Source: a virus
DNA: 64,000 nucleotides
Virus record (IMG/VR): IMGVR_UViG_3300032456_000002
Coordinates: 5,726 to 69,725 of that record
Reading direction: 5' to 3' (one strand)
Below the pieces are notes generated by a model that saw only the letters and a list, made by a program, of their open reading frames with translations, had not been told where the DNA came from and searched no databases. Numbering within the stretch: the first letter of the stretch is position 1; each line of letters begins with the position of its first letter. Positions 60,540 through 64,000 of the stretch are shown here, piece by piece. The position numbers and the translations under genes are program-made.

Positions 60540-61557
60540 ATGGCTAATGCGATTGTAAGCTTCTTCGATCAGTTCCCGACATACGAAGGGCATCAGGTTG
60601 AGATCCGAGGGAAGGACGGCTATTTTTGTGCTACGGATATGAGCGATATTCTTGAGAAGCGCTTTACCGATTGGCGTAAGACTCAGTTTGAATTCTGAAA
60701 CTGGCTTGTAGTAAGTGTTACAATAGAAGAGCGCGGGCAGCTAGACGTCGAAAGTCTGACCACCCGCTAAACACAAAATCTAATGAGGTTAGATTTCATG
60801 GATAGACTAATGATACAGTTTCTTGTTAACTTTCCTGAGTATCAAGATCTGTGCCTTGAAGATTTGCCGTATAACGAACGCAAAGAATGTGCATTCAAAA
60901 TGCTTGCATTTTCGGTTGATGCGGCAAAAGCAAAAGTTTTTGACTTAGAATTTCTTTGGGTTGCTGCCGAGTTAGGGCGGAATCTAGATCCGATGGATGC
61001 CTACGTTTTGAAAATGCTGTGGTCAGCTTCTCATCAATGGTGCTTTAATTTGTTTGCACATGATGCAACGGCTCGCGGATCACTTGTCCAACAGGTTTAT
61101 TTTGCAGGGAGGGGTAACACCGTTAAGATCGGTATTTCTGTAGATCCAAAAGCTAGAATCAAGAGCCTACAGGTATCGTCGCCACACCCCATCGTCCTAT
61201 TGGCAACTCAAGATGGTGGTAGGAAGGTAGAGCAAGAGCTACATCAACAATTCAAAGACGATCATATTTTGGGAGAGTGGTTTAATCTGTCTCAACCAGT
61301 CAAGCATCACATTGACTCCCTGCAAGACCCCGCTCGTAGACTACGTTAGAGGTGATGGGCAAAAGATGTGGATTCATCCAGCCCTCGCAATGTCTTACGC
61401 CATGTCTAACCCAGAGTTCCAAGCAGACATTAACGTTTGGATCTACGAACTCATGACAATCGGCACAGTCAATCCACACGTCCTTAAGTGGTCTGCTGAA
61501 GAATACCAGCGGGGCTTAGAATTCAACCGCGATGACATTAAGGACATGTACGGCTAG
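60540..61557 (+). pseudogene. KilA-N gene split by an inserted cassette (5' part 60540..60698, 3' part about 61327..61557)
   Basis: IR.KDGYFCATDM...KRF.DW then stop; resumes ..VRG.GQ..WIHP.LA..YA..NPEF. Confidence 0.75.
60798..61349 (+). CDS. GIY-YIG / T5orf172-domain protein
   Basis: VYF...VKIG.S.DP..R...LQ, E..LH..F....GEWF. Confidence 0.85.
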   Translation: MDRLMIQFLVNFPEYQDLCLEDLPYNERKECAFKMLAFSVDAAKAKVFDLEFLWVAAELGRNLDPMDAYVLKMLWSASHQWCFNLFAHDATARGSLVQQVYFAGRGNTVKIGISVDPKARIKSLQVSSPHPIVLLATQDGGRKVEQELHQQFKDDHILGEWFNLSQPVKHHIDSLQDPARRLR

Positions 61558-61599
61558 GGTCTCGATCGCATCCCCCAGATTTATCTGGGGGATCTTGAT

Positions 61600-61752
61600 C
61601 TATTCGCCGTCCTCCTGTAGGTAGGGGCGATCGGCAACCAATTTGTCGAATTCATCAAAAATATCTTCGACCGTCTCCTCCTGTAGATAGGGGCGATCGG
61701 CAACCAATTTATCGAATTCGCCAAAAATATCTTCAAAAGTATCTAAATACAT
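61600..61752 (-). CDS. tiny acidic protein built on a 66-bp tandem duplication
   Basis: EDIF.EFDKLVADRPYLQE twice; ATG at 61752 with AGGAGG RBS. Confidence 0.55.
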   Translation of the reverse strand: MYLDTFEDIFGEFDKLVADRPYLQEETVEDIFDEFDKLVADRPYLQEDGE

Positions 61753-62337
61753 GGAATTATCCTCCTGGGATAGTAATTGTTTCCGCCATCCCATCGGACG
61801 ACCAATTACACCCGGTCACATCCCAGCGGTCTGACGGGGTACTCGCCCGTGGCGGGGGATTTGACCCCTTCAATCGGTTGTCTCCCCGATTGGTATGTCC
61901 CCAATTTAATATGAGGATGGATGGCTGTCAATGGGTGTTTACATCGATTCACATAATAAATACAATTAATATGAGTTTTATAAAGTTTGTGTAAATTACG
62001 CGCAAATCGTTGTAAACACCGATAGGACGTGTTATATTGTATATATGGGATGCAGAGGAGCGGAAATGCCATATAACCACCCGATAAAAAGGGTGGGGCG
62101 AGGCGAAAAGTCTAGCCCGCCTCTGCCATCAGAATGGTCTCATTATCGGACGCATACGACCGATATAAAATAAGCCGTAAGGGGTCTGGGTGCCCTCACA
62201 ACCGTCTCGGTAAATCGATAATACGCCGTATCCCCTAGGGGAATTTATTCGCACCCTGCCACCCGTCACGCGACACGGGGATCGAAACCGTCTTAGGGCG
62301 GTTTTTTGGTATCTATGTACTATTTGGAGCGATCGCA

Positions 62338-62526
62338 ATGGCAAATGTAAAGGGTACGCGCAGGGAGAATGTAGTCAGACCCCCTATTGGTGACAAGCCG
62401 ATGGGGAAGCCGATCAGCGTTCGGTATGAGCAGACTGTTGATGATTATCTGCGCGGCATGAACGGAATACAGGATTGGCTGCGCTGTGCCGCGATAGAGA
62501 AGATCGAGAGGGACGCGCTGCTCTAG
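62338..62526 (+). CDS. ribbon-helix-helix-like small regulator
   Basis: PISVR....D.YLR......WLR.A..EK. Confidence 0.6.
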   Translation: MANVKGTRRENVVRPPIGDKPMGKPISVRYEQTVDDYLRGMNGIQDWLRCAAIEKIERDALL

Positions 62527-62584
62527 CCCAAAAGAATCCCCTTGCGACGACGACACCGCAAGGGGATTTCTTTCTAACATGTAC

Positions 62585-62613
62585 TTGACATATACCCTAA
62601 TAGGGTATATCTT
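62585..62613 (+). promoter_or_regulatory. promoter with palindromic operator between -35 and -10
   Basis: TTGACA-17-TATCTT; TATACCCTA-A-TAGGGTATA. Confidence 0.75.
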
Positions 62614-62668
62614 ATATATAAGAGAGCGAAACAAACCGCCTCTCAACCCCACTACAAAGGAAAAGATT

Positions 62669-62857
62669 ATGACCTACTCACAAGTTTTAGCGTTTGTTTT
62701 TGAAAGTGGTCGCATTACTTCTGGCTTAACAGAAGAAGACCGCATAGCTGAAGTAGAGGCTGAGGTGCATTTTGAAGCCTCCGAAAGAGCGCAAGCTGGA
62801 GAACTCGAAGGTGATGTTGAGGGTTGCGTTCAATATGCTTTGGAGCATGTTGGATGA
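62669..62857 (+). CDS. small acidic protein
   Basis: ATG after AAGGA; Glu-rich. Confidence 0.6.
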   Translation: MTYSQVLAFVFESGRITSGLTEEDRIAEVEAEVHFEASERAQAGELEGDVEGCVQYALEHVG

Positions 62858-63144
62858 AAGACACAACAGCGATCGCGCTTAAAGCGATCGCTCGTGACTT
62901 GATATTGGGCATCGCTCCCAAGCCTTGCCCCGTCATTGCACAACGGGCGATCGCTATTCTCAACGTCTTAGAAGATAGAGAATGGCACACTGCAAACGAG
63001 ATTGCAGAAACTACACAGATTGGCAGCAAGTACGCTCGTGATATTTGCCGCGCCTGTCAATCTGAATGGGGCTTATTGTCTCATCGTCGCAAGGGATGGC
63101 AGATGCCCGTTGATGGGGATGGGAAGTTTGATCATGGAGCATGA
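62854..63144 (+). CDS. winged-HTH protein
   Basis: IL..L....HTANEIAE...I...YAR; ATGA-coupled. Confidence 0.65.
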   Translation: MKDTTAIALKAIARDLILGIAPKPCPVIAQRAIAILNVLEDREWHTANEIAETTQIGSKYARDICRACQSEWGLLSHRRKGWQMPVDGDGKFDHGA

Positions 63145-63637
63145 CTACAAAAAGAGAAGTCGGGGATCTAATTCTATGGCGCAAATCCCTGGCTACATCA
63201 GAGATTTAGCCTATACAAAAACTGCGTTTTGCGATGCAACCATAATATTGGACGGCTACCAACCCGTCGCAGGGACTCTGGCTGCATGGTCGGCGCAAGA
63301 CTTTTCGTTTATCACGGAGTCACTTATATTCCCGTACGACTTCCCAAATGATAAGAAGGCGGGGATTGATGCACTGGAGTTGATGGCAATTCGTTTCTGC
63401 TCTGAAGCGTTCCCCGATCATTTAATCAGAAGTGATTCGATGAATGCTTGTGGAGTGGCGAAATTGATGAGAATTGCCGAACCAGAATGGATTCCTAGGG
63501 AGCTAAATGCCCTAGCCGATTTTATCGCTAAGTCAAAAATCACATCAGGGCATATCGTATTCAATGCTCCAGAACCATGTAGAGGATGGGTCTTCCTTGA
63601 GCCAGCAGGGGCGATCGCATCCCCCAAAGTGCATTAA
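63134..63637 (+). CDS. RNase H-like protein
   Basis: FCDA, ALEL.AI, SDS, WIPRELN.LAD (D-E-D-D set). Confidence 0.75.
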   Translation: MEHDYKKRSRGSNSMAQIPGYIRDLAYTKTAFCDATIILDGYQPVAGTLAAWSAQDFSFITESLIFPYDFPNDKKAGIDALELMAIRFCSEAFPDHLIRSDSMNACGVAKLMRIAEPEWIPRELNALADFIAKSKITSGHIVFNAPEPCRGWVFLEPAGAIASPKVH

Positions 63638-63752
63638 ACTGTGCAAGTTGACTCTGTGTTGGAACTCTTACTACAAAAAAACCCCTTGCGGTCTAGTCGT
63701 CGCAAGGGGATTTCTTTTCTAAAATGTACAGCTTCACCGATCTTTTGATGAT

Positions 63753-63998
63753 TCACCTCAAAAACAAAGCCCACCCTGCCCACACACCACCAATCATTCC
63801 TAGCCACCCAGCGGCATAAAATCCTAGAACTGCACAACCGACAGCAAGGGCAACCTTCCACACTCCAATGCGAGAATATCCTTTTGTCCTCCGTTGATAG
63901 GAATGGATTAACTGGCGCCTGAATCTGTCAGTATTCCGGCTACCCAATACCCGATCGCGCTTTGCGAATGGCACTACCCAATTTTCTTTGGAATGGCA
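63753..63998 (-). CDS. 3' part of a gene running off the window (HNH-like tail plus TM segment)
   Basis: frame open to the window edge; CH..ENW....VLG.RNT. Confidence 0.35.
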   Translation of the reverse strand, partial: CHSKENWVVPFAKRDRVLGSRNTDRFRRQLIHSYQRRTKGYSRIGVWKVALAVGCAVLGFYAAGWLGMIGGVWAGWALFLR

Positions 63999-64000
63999 CT

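Noticed and set aside
60699-61326. Group I intron in the KilA-N gene
   Set aside because: No core P/Q/R/S elements seen; the insert has its own promoter and leader and part of KilA-N appears deleted
61606-61737. Possible CRISPR array or DGR template/variable repeat pair
   Set aside because: Simple in-frame tandem duplication; no reverse transcriptase in the window
1-64000. GCGATCGC repeats as a novel element
   Set aside because: This is the known cyanobacterial HIP1 octamer; used only as a host indicator
63967-64000. GAATGGCACT direct repeat at the window edge
   Set aside because: Only 10 bp, two copies, inside a probable coding frame; cannot be extended

Overview
The whole window is a cyanobacterial siphovirus-like phage or prophage. 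The HIP1 octamer GCGATCGC is very frequent and no host housekeeping genes were seen. It carries portal, terminase, protease, capsid, tail tube, chaperone (with a -1 frameshift), tape measure, tail tip, fibres, endolysin, primase/helicase, SF2 helicase, Dam and RusA. The virion genes are scattered on both strands rather than forming one late operon. The top candidate for a new system is at 48.8-50.7 kb: a nuclease-dead, C-terminally truncated TnpB/type V (C2c8-like) effector next to a tracrRNA-like anti-repeat and a 4-repeat mini CRISPR array, with no cas1/cas2 in the window. Other highlights: (1) a hairpin-TRACCAC leader shared by about 10 loci, including the effector; (2) a 35-bp inverted repeat inside the primase gene with a colinear non-coding miniature about 39 kb away; (3) three antirepressor genes invaded by nuclease domains; (4) a Tad1-like anti-defence protein; (5) an ORF-less IS200/IS605-type element with a structured interior. 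All family calls come from motif recognition by eye, not database searches.
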